Origin: Longimicrobiales bacterium
GTDB taxonomy: Bacteria; Gemmatimonadota; Gemmatimonadetes; Longimicrobiales; Gaopeijiaceae
Assembly (NCBI GenBank): GCA_963664435.2
Contig: CAXXKM010000003.1
Coordinates: 416,001 to 480,000 of the forward strand
Direction of reading: 5' to 3'
DNA: 64,000 nucleotides
The notes under the pieces are model-generated. The model was given only the letters and a program-made list of their open reading frames with translations. It was not told where the DNA came from and did no database searches. Made by a program: the position numbers and the translations under genes. Every line of letters begins with the position of its first letter. Positions within the stretch are counted from its first letter, which is position 1. Positions 42,485-51,785 of the stretch are shown one piece after another.

Positions 42485-43710
42485 CCGTCCGCTCCCGGTT
42501 CGAGACGGTCGAGGACCGCCTCGACAAGTCGTCCGAGCTGCGCGCAGGTGTCCCGGTAGTGCTCATCGCTGCCGCCAAACGGATCCGCGACACCGCCGGA
42601 TGGGTCGCCGGCGAACTCCGTGATCACCTCCGCGTAGCAGCGGCCCCGGCTCAGCGCCTCCACCGCCGCCAGGTGCGACGGCGACATCACCAGCACCAGA
42701 TCGGCCCACTCCAGCTCCTCCTCGCCGAGCAGTCGCGCGGCGTGACGATCCAGATCGAGGCCCCGCTCGGCCACGGCCGTGCGCGCGCCGGCGGAGGCCG
42801 GAGACCCGTCGAACGCCATGGTGCCGGCGGACCGGACGCGGATGCCGCGCGCTTCCCGCCGGGCGGCGCGGGCGCGCGTGATCACCTCCGCCATCGGGCT
42901 GCGGCAGGTGTTTCCGGTGCAGACGTAGAGGAGGCGGACATCGTGCTCGGCGGCATCCGACGGGCCATCGTCCATTTCAGCGCTTTCCCCATCCGGCGGG
43001 ACATCGCCCGTTTCAGCGCCTCCCTCGTCCGGCGGGACATCGTCCATTTCAGCGCCTCCCTCGTCCGGAGGACAGATTTCACGGACGTCGGACGGGTTCA
43101 GCCCGCCCGCCCGCAGCACCACCGGGTCTCGCCCGGTGCAATCGACGATGGTCGAAGTCGGCGCCGGCGGAAGCTCGCCGGCATCCAGTACCCACAGCCG
43201 CTCGTCGGCGCCGAGGGAGCGCGCCGCCTGCCACGCCTCTTTCCCGGAGAGCGCGGGCGCGCCGCCGGGCGGGTTGGCGCTCGTGGAGGTCAGCGGGGCG
43301 CCCACCTCGTCCAGGATCCGCCGGACCAACGGAGCCGGGCTCATGCGGACCGCCACACCACCGCTCCCGCCCCGCACCTGCGCGGGGAAGGTGCGCCCCG
43401 GATCCGGCAACACCAGCGTGAGCGGCCCGGGCCATACGCGCTCGGCGAGCCGGCGCGCGCACCGGTTCCAGATGAGCCCGGGAGCCGCCCGCCGGCCGGG
43501 CAGCAGGAGGAGGAAGGGCTTGTGCGCATCGCGTCGCTTGAGCGCCGCCAGCGCGTGCAGGGGGCCCTCTTCCACCAACCCTCCCAGCCCGTACACCGTC
43601 TCGGTCGGGTAGGCCAGCAGCCCTCCGGACCGGAGATGCCGGCCCACCTCGCGCAGTTTCCGCGCGGGGAGCCTTCCGTTCCGGCAGGGGACGATGCGCG
43701 GTGCGCTCAC
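42481..43710 (-). CDS. TsaC/Sua5 threonylcarbamoyl-AMP synthase fused in frame to a low-molecular-weight protein (Tyr/Arg) phosphatase
   Basis: YPTETVYGLG, WPGPLTLV, TSTSAN and STIVD, then a repeat linker, then VCTGNTCRSPMAE..SAGT..DPFGG. Confidence 0.88.
   Translation of the reverse strand: MSAPRIVPCRNGRLPARKLREVGRHLRSGGLLAYPTETVYGLGGLVEEGPLHALAALKRRDAHKPFLLLLPGRRAAPGLIWNRCARRLAERVWPGPLTLVLPDPGRTFPAQVRGGSGGVAVRMSPAPLVRRILDEVGAPLTSTSANPPGGAPALSGKEAWQAARSLGADERLWVLDAGELPPAPTSTIVDCTGRDPVVLRAGGLNPSDVREICPPDEGGAEMDDVPPDEGGAETGDVPPDGESAEMDDGPSDAAEHDVRLLYVCTGNTCRSPMAEVITRARAARREARGIRVRSAGTMAFDGSPASAGARTAVAERGLDLDRHAARLLGEEELEWADLVLVMSPSHLAAVEALSRGRCYAEVITEFAGDPSGGVADPFGGSDEHYRDTCAQLGRLVEAVLDRLEPGADG
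42964..43071 (-). repeat. Three 36-bp tandem repeats (PPDEGGAEMDDV-like)
   Basis: CCG GAC GAG GGA GGC GCT GAA ATG GAC GAT GTC unit x3, imperfect. Confidence 0.85.
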
Positions 43711-44420
43711 TCGCCTTCGTCCGCCAGCTCGAGCAGGCGCTCCGCCAGGACGAGATCGTCCGGGCGGGTGACCTTGAGGTTGCGCGGCGATCCCTCTACC
43801 ATCTCGACCTCGCCGCCGAGGAGCTCCACCAGCGAGGCGTCGTCCGTGCCCCTGACCCCGTTCTCGCGCGCCCGGCGGTAGGCGCGTTCCAGAAGCGGCC
43901 GCGGGAAGGCCTGGGGGGTCTGCGCGTGCCAGTAGCGGCCGCGCCGGGGAGTGCGCACCACCCGTCCGCACGCGTCGACCTCCTTCAGGGTGTCCACTGC
44001 GGGCACGCCGGCCACCACGGCCCTTCCGGCGGCCGCCGCGCGCAGGCAGCGCTCCACCAGGCTGCGCGTCACCAGCGGCCGGGCGCCGTCGTGCACCATC
44101 ACCACCTCCACACCCGGGGGGAGGGCGGCCACCGCCGCCGCGACCGACTCGCCCCTCGTGGCCCCGCCCGCGACCACCCGGACGCGGGGGTCGGCGCCGG
44201 TCAGCCACGCCGGCGGGCGCGCGGCCCGGTCGGGGGGGAGGGCCACCGCCACGCATTCCACGCCTGGGGTCTCCAGAAAGGGACGGATGGCGCGCAGCAG
44301 CACCGGCTGCCCGGCAAGCTCCAGAAAGGCCTTGCGTACACCTCCCATGCGCTGGCCCGCGCCCGCCGCCGGCACGGCAACTCCGGCCCGGCAGGGAGAC
44401 CGCCGGTCGCCCGGGTTCAC
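43707..44420 (-). CDS. ispD: 2-C-methyl-D-erythritol 4-phosphate cytidylyltransferase
   Basis: PAAGAG.RMG..KAF, GGATRGESV, VHDGARP, AQTPQAF, TDDASL, NLKVT.PDD. Confidence 0.95.
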   Translation of the reverse strand: MNPGDRRSPCRAGVAVPAAGAGQRMGGVRKAFLELAGQPVLLRAIRPFLETPGVECVAVALPPDRAARPPAWLTGADPRVRVVAGGATRGESVAAAVAALPPGVEVVMVHDGARPLVTRSLVERCLRAAAAGRAVVAGVPAVDTLKEVDACGRVVRTPRRGRYWHAQTPQAFPRPLLERAYRRARENGVRGTDDASLVELLGGEVEMVEGSPRNLKVTRPDDLVLAERLLELADEGE

Positions 44421-45853
44421 CCCTGGAATCCGCCGCGCGCGCCGCTGCGTCCACCCGGCGTGGGTGGGGCGGTGCTGGTTCCTTCCGACGCGAGGGGCAG
44501 GAAGCGCGCATGGGCACTGTCGAAGTGGAGCGGGACAACCCCGGTGGGGCCGTTGCGCTGCTTGCTCACGATCAGCTCCGCCTTGCCTTCCAGCGAGTTG
44601 CCGTCGCGGTCGGTCTCGGCGTAGTACTCGGGCCGGTAGAGGAACATGACCAGGTCGGCGTCCTGCTCGATGCTCCCGCTCTCGCGCAGATCGGACAGCT
44701 GCGGCCGATGGTCGGCGCGCTGCTCCGGAGCCCGGCTGAGCTGGCTCAGCGCCACGATCGGCACGTCCAGTTCCTTGGCCAGCGCCTTGAGCCCGCGCGA
44801 GATCTCGCTCACCTCCTGCTGCCGGTTCTCGCTGTTCCGGGACCCGGCCATCAGCTGCAGATAATCGATCACCAACAGCCCGAGCTGGCTCTCGGCCTTG
44901 AGGCGGCGCGCCTTGGCGCGCACCTCGAGCACGGTGTTGCCCGGGGAGTCATCGATCCAGATGGAAGCCGTGTTGAGGTGGCCGGCGGCAGCGGCCAGTC
45001 TCTGCATCTCCTTGGTGGTGAGCTCGCCCCGGCGCAGTCTCTGCGCGTCCACCGGCCCGTCGGAGCACAGCAGCCGCTGTACCAGCTCCTCGTTCGACAT
45101 CTCCAGGGAAAACACGCCCACCGGGACCTCTTCACGCGCGGCGTTCCGGGCCACGTTCAAAGCCCAGGAGGTCTTCCCCATGGACGGTCGCCCCGCGACG
45201 ATCACGAGATTGCCCTTCTGCAGGCCGCCGGTGAGATAGTCCAGCAGGGTGAATCCGGTCGCCACCCCGGTGAGTTCGCCCTTGGCTTCCTGCAGCCGCT
45301 CGATGTGCTCGAATGCGGGCCAGAGAAGCTCCTTGATGCGGACGAAGCCCTCGCGGTCGTGCCCGCTGGCCACCTGGAAGATGCGCTGCTCGGCCTCGTC
45401 CACGAGCTGCTCGACGGAGCGTTCGCCCTGGTCGTAGACGTCGCGGATGATGTGCGAGGAGGCGTCGATGAGGCGGCGCAGCAGCGCCTTGTCGCGCACG
45501 ATGCGCGCGTGGTGCTCGATGTTCGCGGCGGTGGGGACCGCGTCGAGCAGCTCGGCGAGGTAGTCGTATCCTCCGGCCGCCTCCAACTCCTCGGTCTTGC
45601 CCAGTTCGTCGCTGACGACGATGACGTCGACCGCGTCGCCGCGCTCGAACAGGCGCAGGATGGCGCGGTAGATGCGCCGGTTGGCCTCCGAGGCGAACAT
45701 CGTGTCCACGACGACTTCCACGGCGCGCGCCACGGCGTCGCGGTCGATGAGCATCCCCCCCAGCACCGCCACTTCGGCCTCCAGCGAAACCGGCGGCTGG
45801 CGGTCGTACGCGGGCGGCTGTTCCTGCGCGACGGAAAGGACGGAGGTACTCAA
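44417..45853 (-). CDS. dnaB: Replicative DNA helicase
   Basis: AGRPSMGKT, FSLEMS, IDYLQLM, LSQLSR, SDLRESGSIEQDAD, KQRNGP. No intein seen. Confidence 0.97.
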   Translation of the reverse strand: MSTSVLSVAQEQPPAYDRQPPVSLEAEVAVLGGMLIDRDAVARAVEVVVDTMFASEANRRIYRAILRLFERGDAVDVIVVSDELGKTEELEAAGGYDYLAELLDAVPTAANIEHHARIVRDKALLRRLIDASSHIIRDVYDQGERSVEQLVDEAEQRIFQVASGHDREGFVRIKELLWPAFEHIERLQEAKGELTGVATGFTLLDYLTGGLQKGNLVIVAGRPSMGKTSWALNVARNAAREEVPVGVFSLEMSNEELVQRLLCSDGPVDAQRLRRGELTTKEMQRLAAAAGHLNTASIWIDDSPGNTVLEVRAKARRLKAESQLGLLVIDYLQLMAGSRNSENRQQEVSEISRGLKALAKELDVPIVALSQLSRAPEQRADHRPQLSDLRESGSIEQDADLVMFLYRPEYYAETDRDGNSLEGKAELIVSKQRNGPTGVVPLHFDSAHARFLPLASEGTSTAPPTPGGRSGARGGFQG

Positions 45854-45899
45854 GCGCCTCGGCGGTTGTGTGTGAACGGTCGAAGGACGAGGAGCGAGC

Positions 45900-46622
45900 C
45901 TACCCGCTGCCGGACCGGCGGGTGCGGTCCATCGTGTTCCGCAACAACTGGAGGTCGTCCCACGCGGGTTGCGTCCAGCCGCGGTTCCGGAGCAGCGCCG
46001 CCGGATGATAGGTCACCACCGCCGGCACGCCCCTGTAATCGTATATCTCGCCCCGGAGCTTGCCCAGAGCAACCTGGCGTCCGGTGATGAACTGCGCGGC
46101 GAACCCGCCCACCGCCAGGATGACCTCCGGAGCCACCAGCTCGATCTGCCGCTCGAGGTAGGGGGTGCAGGCTTCGATTTCATCCGGAAGCGGGTTGCGG
46201 TTTGCCGGCGGCCGGCACTTGAGGACGTTGCAGATGTAGACCGAGTCCTTGCGCGAGAGGCCGATCGACGCCAGCAGCAGGTCGAGCAGTTTGCCCGCGC
46301 GGCCCACGAAAGGAAGCCCGGTGCGATCCTCGTGCGCGCCCGGCGCCTCGCCGATGACGACCAGCCTGCCCTGCGGGTTTCCGTCGGAGAAGACGACCTG
46401 CGTGCGGCCCCCGGCAAGCCGGCAGCGCTCGCAGGCGAGCGCCGTGCGGCGAACCTCCTCGTAGTCGCCGGAAAGCGGGAGCGACGTCTCGCCGGCCGGG
46501 GCCTCCGGGCGGGCGCGGGCCAGCGCGAGCGCCTCGTCGACGCTCAGACGGCTGAGCACGATGTCGCCCTCTCCCAGCTCGCGCCGCTGGTTCAGGTAGC
46601 GGGCCACCGATTCCTTATCCAA
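45900..46622 (-). CDS. Uracil-DNA glycosylase family 4 (Fe-S)
   Basis: CERC.L, GEAPG..ED.TG.PFVG.AG, NVLKCRPP.NR.P, YHPAALL. Confidence 0.94.
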   Translation of the reverse strand: MDKESVARYLNQRRELGEGDIVLSRLSVDEALALARARPEAPAGETSLPLSGDYEEVRRTALACERCRLAGGRTQVVFSDGNPQGRLVVIGEAPGAHEDRTGLPFVGRAGKLLDLLLASIGLSRKDSVYICNVLKCRPPANRNPLPDEIEACTPYLERQIELVAPEVILAVGGFAAQFITGRQVALGKLRGEIYDYRGVPAVVTYHPAALLRNRGWTQPAWDDLQLLRNTMDRTRRSGSG

Positions 46623-46637
46623 GCGGCGCGCGGGCGC

Positions 46638-47891
46638 TCACGACGACGCCCCGGAAAAGCTGGGCGCGGGGGCGCCGTCCAGCCGGTCGAGCACGGCTTC
46701 CGCGATGTCGGTCTTGGGCATGACCGGCAGTTCCTCGGCGGCGCCGTCGGGAGCCAGCAGGGTCACGGCATTGCGTTCGCCGAAGGGGTTGCCGCCGGGA
46801 CCGCCTGCGTGGTTGGCGACGATCAGGTCGAAGGCCTTGCGCTCCATCTTGCTCCGTGCCCGGGCGATCAGGTCGTCGGTCTCGAGCGCGAAGCCCACCA
46901 CCCTGGCCCCCGGCTTCCGCAGCGGAATGGTGTCCAGAGCCACGTCCGGGTTGGCGGTCAGTTCGACCGACAGGGAGCCGCCCTCCGCGGCGCGCTTGAT
47001 CTTGCCTGAGCGGGGGCGTGCGGGGCGGTAGTCGGCCACGGCGGCCGCGAAGATCACCACGTCCGCGCGCGGGATCGCCTCGGATACGGCGTCCAGCATT
47101 TCGCGCGCGGTGGCGACGCGGGTGCGCCGTACCCCGGGCGGGCGGGCCAGGTGGGTGGGACCGGACACCAGCACGACCCGGGCGCCCCGCCGCCAGGCCG
47201 CGCGGGCGAGCGCGTGCCCCATCCTGCCCGAAGAGCGGTTGCCGACGAATCGCACCGGGTCGACGGGTTCCCAGGTCGGCCCGGTCGTGATCAGGACCTG
47301 TTTGCCGGCCAGGAAGGGGTCGTGCTCGAGCGCCCGCCCGACATGCTCGACGATGTCCCGAGGCTCGAGCATGCGGCCCGGCCCCTCCCCTTCCCCGAAC
47401 GCCAGCGGTCCGGTCGCGGGACCCGCCACCGCATAGCCCAGCTCGTCCTGCAGGTACGCGAGGTTGCGGGTGGTCTGCGGGTGCGCGTACATGCGGTCGT
47501 TCATGGCCGGGCAGATCAGCACCGGGGCGCGCGTGGCCAGGAGGGTGGTGGCAAGCAGATCGTCAGCGCGGCCGGCGGCGGCCCGCGCGATGAGGTCGGC
47601 GGTGGCGGGAGCCACGCAGACGGCATCGGCCTGCGCGCCCAGCCGTATGTGCATGGCCGCGCCCTCGGCCGAGAAGAGTTCGGTCAGGACCTTGCGGCCG
47701 GTGACCGCCTCGAAGCTGAGCGGGGTGACGAACCGGCTCGCGCCCCGGGTGAGCACGACGTCCACCTGCGCGCCCAGCCGGGTGAGGTCGCGCGCGAGCT
47801 GGACGGACTTGTACGCGGCGATCCCCCCGGCGACCCCCAGGACGATCCGGCGATCGCGCCAAGGGCGCCGCGGCACCAGCGCGCCGGACAC
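46638..47891 (-). CDS. coaBC: Bifunctional phosphopantothenoylcysteine decarboxylase/ligase
   Basis: GGIAAYK, APATAD, PAMN..M, TGPT.EP.DPVRF.GNRSSG.MG, AAVADY, GFALET. Confidence 0.96.
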   Translation of the reverse strand: MSGALVPRRPWRDRRIVLGVAGGIAAYKSVQLARDLTRLGAQVDVVLTRGASRFVTPLSFEAVTGRKVLTELFSAEGAAMHIRLGAQADAVCVAPATADLIARAAAGRADDLLATTLLATRAPVLICPAMNDRMYAHPQTTRNLAYLQDELGYAVAGPATGPLAFGEGEGPGRMLEPRDIVEHVGRALEHDPFLAGKQVLITTGPTWEPVDPVRFVGNRSSGRMGHALARAAWRRGARVVLVSGPTHLARPPGVRRTRVATAREMLDAVSEAIPRADVVIFAAAVADYRPARPRSGKIKRAAEGGSLSVELTANPDVALDTIPLRKPGARVVGFALETDDLIARARSKMERKAFDLIVANHAGGPGGNPFGERNAVTLLAPDGAAEELPVMPKTDIAEAVLDRLDGAPAPSFSGASS

Positions 47892-47909
47892 CGACCAGGC
47901 CTCCCGGGG

Positions 47910-48122
47910 CTATTCCCCGCCGTGGCCCCGGACGTGCAGCCGGTACTCGATGTGGTCGGAGGTCAGCGCCTCGAGCGCCTTCGTGGTGAGCTTCTTCTCG
48001 TCGATGGGCATCGCCTCGCGCGGCATCGCGTTGAGCTCCCGCGCGTACTTCGCGGCGATCAGGACGCCCAGGTACTTGCTCATGGCGGGTTCGGCGACTT
48101 CCTGGGGGGTAAACACACGCAT
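47910..48122 (-). CDS. rpoZ: RNA polymerase omega subunit
   Basis: SKY..VL.AAK.AR.L..K....AL..L motif in gmk-rpoZ-coaBC synteny. Confidence 0.88.
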   Translation of the reverse strand: MRVFTPQEVAEPAMSKYLGVLIAAKYARELNAMPREAMPIDEKKLTTKALEALTSDHIEYRLHVRGHGGE

Positions 48123-48143
48123 CTGGCTTCTCCGTCGATGTGG

Positions 48144-48806
48144 TTATCCAGGTAAGATATCGAAATCCCGGGTGAGAAGGGTATCGATCCCCCGGCGGAG
48201 CGACTCCGCCTCCTCGCTCCCACCGCGCATCGACCCGGCTCCGCCCCCGCCTCCGCGCGCGATCCCGCGCACTGCCTCGACGGTCGCGTCCAGGTCGGCG
48301 TTCACCAGCACATGATCGAATTCCGGCACCCGGGCCAGCTCGTCGCGCGCCACCCGCAGCCGGCGGGCGACCTCGTCCCGCGGTTCGGTTCCGCGTCCCG
48401 ACAGCCGCGCCAACAACGCCTCGAGCGACGGCGGCAGCAGGAAGATGCCTACCGCCGAGGGAACGTTGCGGCGCACCTGGGCGGCGCCCTGGACATCGAT
48501 GTCCAGCAGTACGCAGCGCCCGTCGCGGCCGGTCAGATTGCGCCGCGGGGTCCCGTACAGGTGGTCGTGCACCCGCGCCCATTCGGCGAGTTCGTCGGCG
48601 TTCACCATGCGCTCGAACTCGTCCCGGGAAACGAACTCGTAATCGTCGCCGTCACGCTCGCCGGGGCGGGGGCGGCGGGTGGTCGCGGAGACCGAGAAGA
48701 CGAAGCGGTCCGGGTCCGCGGCCAGCGCGCGGGCCACGGTGGTCTTGCCGACGCCGGTGGGACCCGCCAGCACGATGGGGCCGTCTTCGCGCAGCTTCCG
48801 CGTCAC
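48144..48806 (-). CDS. gmk: Guanylate kinase
   Basis: GPTGVGKTT, SVSATTR.PRPGE.DG.DY.F, YGTP, LDIDVQGA, IFLLPPS. Confidence 0.95.
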   Translation of the reverse strand: MTRKLREDGPIVLAGPTGVGKTTVARALAADPDRFVFSVSATTRRPRPGERDGDDYEFVSRDEFERMVNADELAEWARVHDHLYGTPRRNLTGRDGRCVLLDIDVQGAAQVRRNVPSAVGIFLLPPSLEALLARLSGRGTEPRDEVARRLRVARDELARVPEFDHVLVNADLDATVEAVRGIARGGGGGAGSMRGGSEEAESLRRGIDTLLTRDFDILPG

Positions 48807-49690
48807 TGGACGTTTTCCAGTTGTTCGCGGATGCGCTCCACCCCTCCCTTGAGCGACATCACCCACTCCGCCATGCGGGCGTCGTTGGCCTTGGCGCCGA
48901 TGGTGTTGGCCTCGCGGTGCATCTCCTGCATGACGAAGCCCAGCCGCTTGCCGACCGGCGCTCCGTCGGCTCCATCCAGCGTCTCCTCGAAGAGAAGCAT
49001 GTGCGACCGCAGGCGCACGATCTCCTCGTTGATGTCCCATCTCTCGGCCAGGTGGGCGATCTCGCGGGCGATCCGGTCCGGGTCCGCGGGCACGTTGCCG
49101 AGCAGCTCCTCGATGGCCGCGCTCAGGCGGTCGCGCTCCTCGGCGAGACGCGCCGGAGCCCGTTCCTCCACGCGGCCGAGTTCCTCGCGCATGGCGGCCA
49201 GCACGCCCAGGAGATCCGCCTTCAGGCGCTCCCCCTCAGCCCGCCGCATTCGGACCGCCGCGTTCGCCGCATCCTCCGTCACCCCGCGGAGGACGTCTTC
49301 GTCGATGTCGATCTGGAGACGCGCCGGCTCCCTGCTCCGGATCACGCCCTTGAGCCGGATCAGCGCATCGAGCCCGATGCGGCTCTCGAGCCCCAGTTCC
49401 TCAGCCAGATTCTCGAGCGATCCCGCCCAGGCGCGGGCACGTTCCACATCCACGAGGAGCCCCGGGTCGGCGCCTTCGCCGGGATCCAGCGTGAGCGAGT
49501 AGCTGACGTGCCCCCGGGGCAGCGACTCCTTCAACCAGCGCTCGATGCGGGCGTGATGGCGTTCGCACCCTGGAGGCGTCCTGAGATTGGCATTGAAGAA
49601 GCGGTGGTTGACCGTGCGGATCTCCACCCGCAGACGGCCGCTGTCCGTCTCGCGCGCCGCTTCGCCGTATCCCGTCATGCTGTGAATCAC
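48803..49690 (-). CDS. yicC: YicC/YloC-family endoribonuclease
   Basis: SMTGYG, EIRTVNHRF, DINEEIVRL.SH, GKRLGF..QEM.RE.NTIGAK, REQ.ENV. Confidence 0.94.
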   Translation of the reverse strand: MIHSMTGYGEAARETDSGRLRVEIRTVNHRFFNANLRTPPGCERHHARIERWLKESLPRGHVSYSLTLDPGEGADPGLLVDVERARAWAGSLENLAEELGLESRIGLDALIRLKGVIRSREPARLQIDIDEDVLRGVTEDAANAAVRMRRAEGERLKADLLGVLAAMREELGRVEERAPARLAEERDRLSAAIEELLGNVPADPDRIAREIAHLAERWDINEEIVRLRSHMLLFEETLDGADGAPVGKRLGFVMQEMHREANTIGAKANDARMAEWVMSLKGGVERIREQLENVQ

Positions 49691-49700
49691 GTGCCCCGCC

Positions 49701-51785
49701 TCAGTTCCACAGCGTCCACTTGATCCCGTAGATGGAGCGTCCACCGGGGAGAAACCGCTCCGGAAAGTCCTGCAGCTCCCGCTCCGCGGTGAAGTTCTCG
49801 GTCAGCACGAAGAGATGGAACGTCAGGACCCTGAGCTGAAGGCGGAAATACCAGCTCTGGTGATAGGGCACCGTGAGGAACCCGGGCGAAGCCATCTCTC
49901 CTTCAGGCTCTCCTTCGGGGTCGACCTCTCCGGGAAGCTCACCGCCGGGGTCCTCCGGCGCCAGGAAGGGCACGGCCATGGGCTCGCGTCCCTCCACGCC
50001 GATCTCGGTCCAGATCTCGAAGTTTCCCGTCGCCAGGAAGGTCCTGTGATACCCGAACTGCCCGTTCCAGCTCTCTTCCGGCAGATAGCGCCAGTCGGGC
50101 GCATCCTTGTCCCAGACCTGGTAGGACACCGAGGCGTAGAGGCCGTCGAAGTACAGGGGCACCCGGGCGCTGGCCTCGATTCCGGAGCGCTTGCCGCCGT
50201 CCTGCACCACGCCGGCGGAGTCCATCGGGAACCCGAAGGGCGTGAGCCGGTCCTGCTCGAGCTCGACCTGCGCCGCCCCCATCGACAGACCGCGCCACGC
50301 GAACTGCGCCCCGACCCGGGTGGAGCGCCGCTCGGTGGTGAAGGAGACGGGAGGCCCGGCGAGCCGCGGGATCTCCGGGATGGTGTCGCGGGGATCGAAG
50401 AGGCGGAAGGGAACTCCCGTCGCGCCGTCCCGGGTCTCGCCGAAGAACGAGAGGCCCAACAGGGGCGCGGTCCACGCCCGCAGGCTGTGAAGCGAGAGAT
50501 CCTCCCCGAGCCATTTCTCCCGGCTCCAGTCTCCCTCGACCCCTCCCAGAAACGTGTTCAGGCCGGCGGCGACCTCCAGGGTCTGCTCGGGCCACGCGTC
50601 GCCCCCCATCGACGCCCAGCGTCCGGTGCTCCACACGCCCAGACGTTCCCCGAAGGCGTGTTCGGCGGCGAGCCGGATGCCCGTCTGACCGCGGCTGAAG
50701 GCGGCCGCGGCCGAATCGGGGTTCTGTTCGTCCACCGGAGCGGTCGTGGAGGACCTGCCGGTGAAAACCTCGGCGGTGACGCCGGGAAGCAGGTCGGCGC
50801 GGGCGCGCAGGTTCCAGTCGTTCCTGCCCTGCTGCGCGGGCGTGTAGAGCGCGCTCGGGCGAGAGGCCGAGATGCGGCGCAGCTCCCCGCGCAGGCTCAC
50901 GCGCGAGCCGAAGTGCCGGCTGTAGCGGAGCCAGCCGCCGGTCGTGGCCCCAGGCTCCCGGCGCCCGGTGCCCTCGGTGTCGAGGCGGTCCAGCGTGAAC
51001 GCCAGGCTGCCCCCAAGGGTTGCGGGATGGGAGAAGGTCGCCCGCAGCATGTTGGTCTGAAGGTCTCCCGTTCCCACTTCCACCAGGGAGTAGGGTCGCG
51101 GGTCGTCCACCTCGAGGCTGGTCAGCTCGACGCGCAGGCCGTCGGTGGAGCGGCGCACGCGCACATGCTGAAAGCCGGCCAGTCCGACCTGCGCCAGATC
51201 GGGGGCGCCCGCCCTGAGCGGGACCATCTCGAAGCCATCGATGTAGAGGCGCACCCGCCCGCCGCCACCCCCGAAGGCGGTGACGATGTTGGGGGTTCCG
51301 AAGTCGCCTCCCCTCAGCGCGATGGTCCCCGGAATCTGATCCAGAAGCTGCGCGAGCGAGAGCGCCTGGTTGCCGAGCAGCGCCTCGCGGTCCCATTCCC
51401 ACACCCCGGCGCCCCATCCGCCGCGGGAGGGATCGGGGAGCTCGGGGAAGAGCTGTACGACGAGGGAGTCCGCCGCGAGGAGCGAGTCCGAAGGCACGGC
51501 AAGGGAGTCGGACACGGGTGCCAGCGAGTCGGCAACCGGCGCGAGGGAGTCGGCCGCGGCAACGAGCGAGTCGACCGCGGCCGTGTCGGCGGGAGGCACC
51601 GAGTCGGGGGGCTCCTGGGCCGCGGATGTGCCGGGAAACAGACAGAACGGAATGAGGAGCCGGATGGCGCCGCATCGGAGGGCGCGCGCGAGGCTCCGCG
51701 GCACGAGAAAGCCGACACCCGGAGACGCGAACGCCCCGCCTCCGGGGGAGCGGGGCGCAACTGCGGTTGGCCGGGTCGAGGTCAC
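49701..51785 (-). CDS. Outer-membrane beta-barrel protein with TonB-dependent-receptor-like plug
   Basis: Signal peptide, DS-rich repeats, LLDQIPG..YIDG plug-like segment, C-terminal YGIKWTLWN. Confidence 0.65.
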   Translation of the reverse strand: MTSTRPTAVAPRSPGGGAFASPGVGFLVPRSLARALRCGAIRLLIPFCLFPGTSAAQEPPDSVPPADTAAVDSLVAAADSLAPVADSLAPVSDSLAVPSDSLLAADSLVVQLFPELPDPSRGGWGAGVWEWDREALLGNQALSLAQLLDQIPGTIALRGGDFGTPNIVTAFGGGGGRVRLYIDGFEMVPLRAGAPDLAQVGLAGFQHVRVRRSTDGLRVELTSLEVDDPRPYSLVEVGTGDLQTNMLRATFSHPATLGGSLAFTLDRLDTEGTGRREPGATTGGWLRYSRHFGSRVSLRGELRRISASRPSALYTPAQQGRNDWNLRARADLLPGVTAEVFTGRSSTTAPVDEQNPDSAAAAFSRGQTGIRLAAEHAFGERLGVWSTGRWASMGGDAWPEQTLEVAAGLNTFLGGVEGDWSREKWLGEDLSLHSLRAWTAPLLGLSFFGETRDGATGVPFRLFDPRDTIPEIPRLAGPPVSFTTERRSTRVGAQFAWRGLSMGAAQVELEQDRLTPFGFPMDSAGVVQDGGKRSGIEASARVPLYFDGLYASVSYQVWDKDAPDWRYLPEESWNGQFGYHRTFLATGNFEIWTEIGVEGREPMAVPFLAPEDPGGELPGEVDPEGEPEGEMASPGFLTVPYHQSWYFRLQLRVLTFHLFVLTENFTAERELQDFPERFLPGGRSIYGIKWTLWN

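Noticed and set aside
44417..45853. Intein in dnaB
   Set aside because: Length of 478 aa and contiguous motifs leave no room for an insertion.
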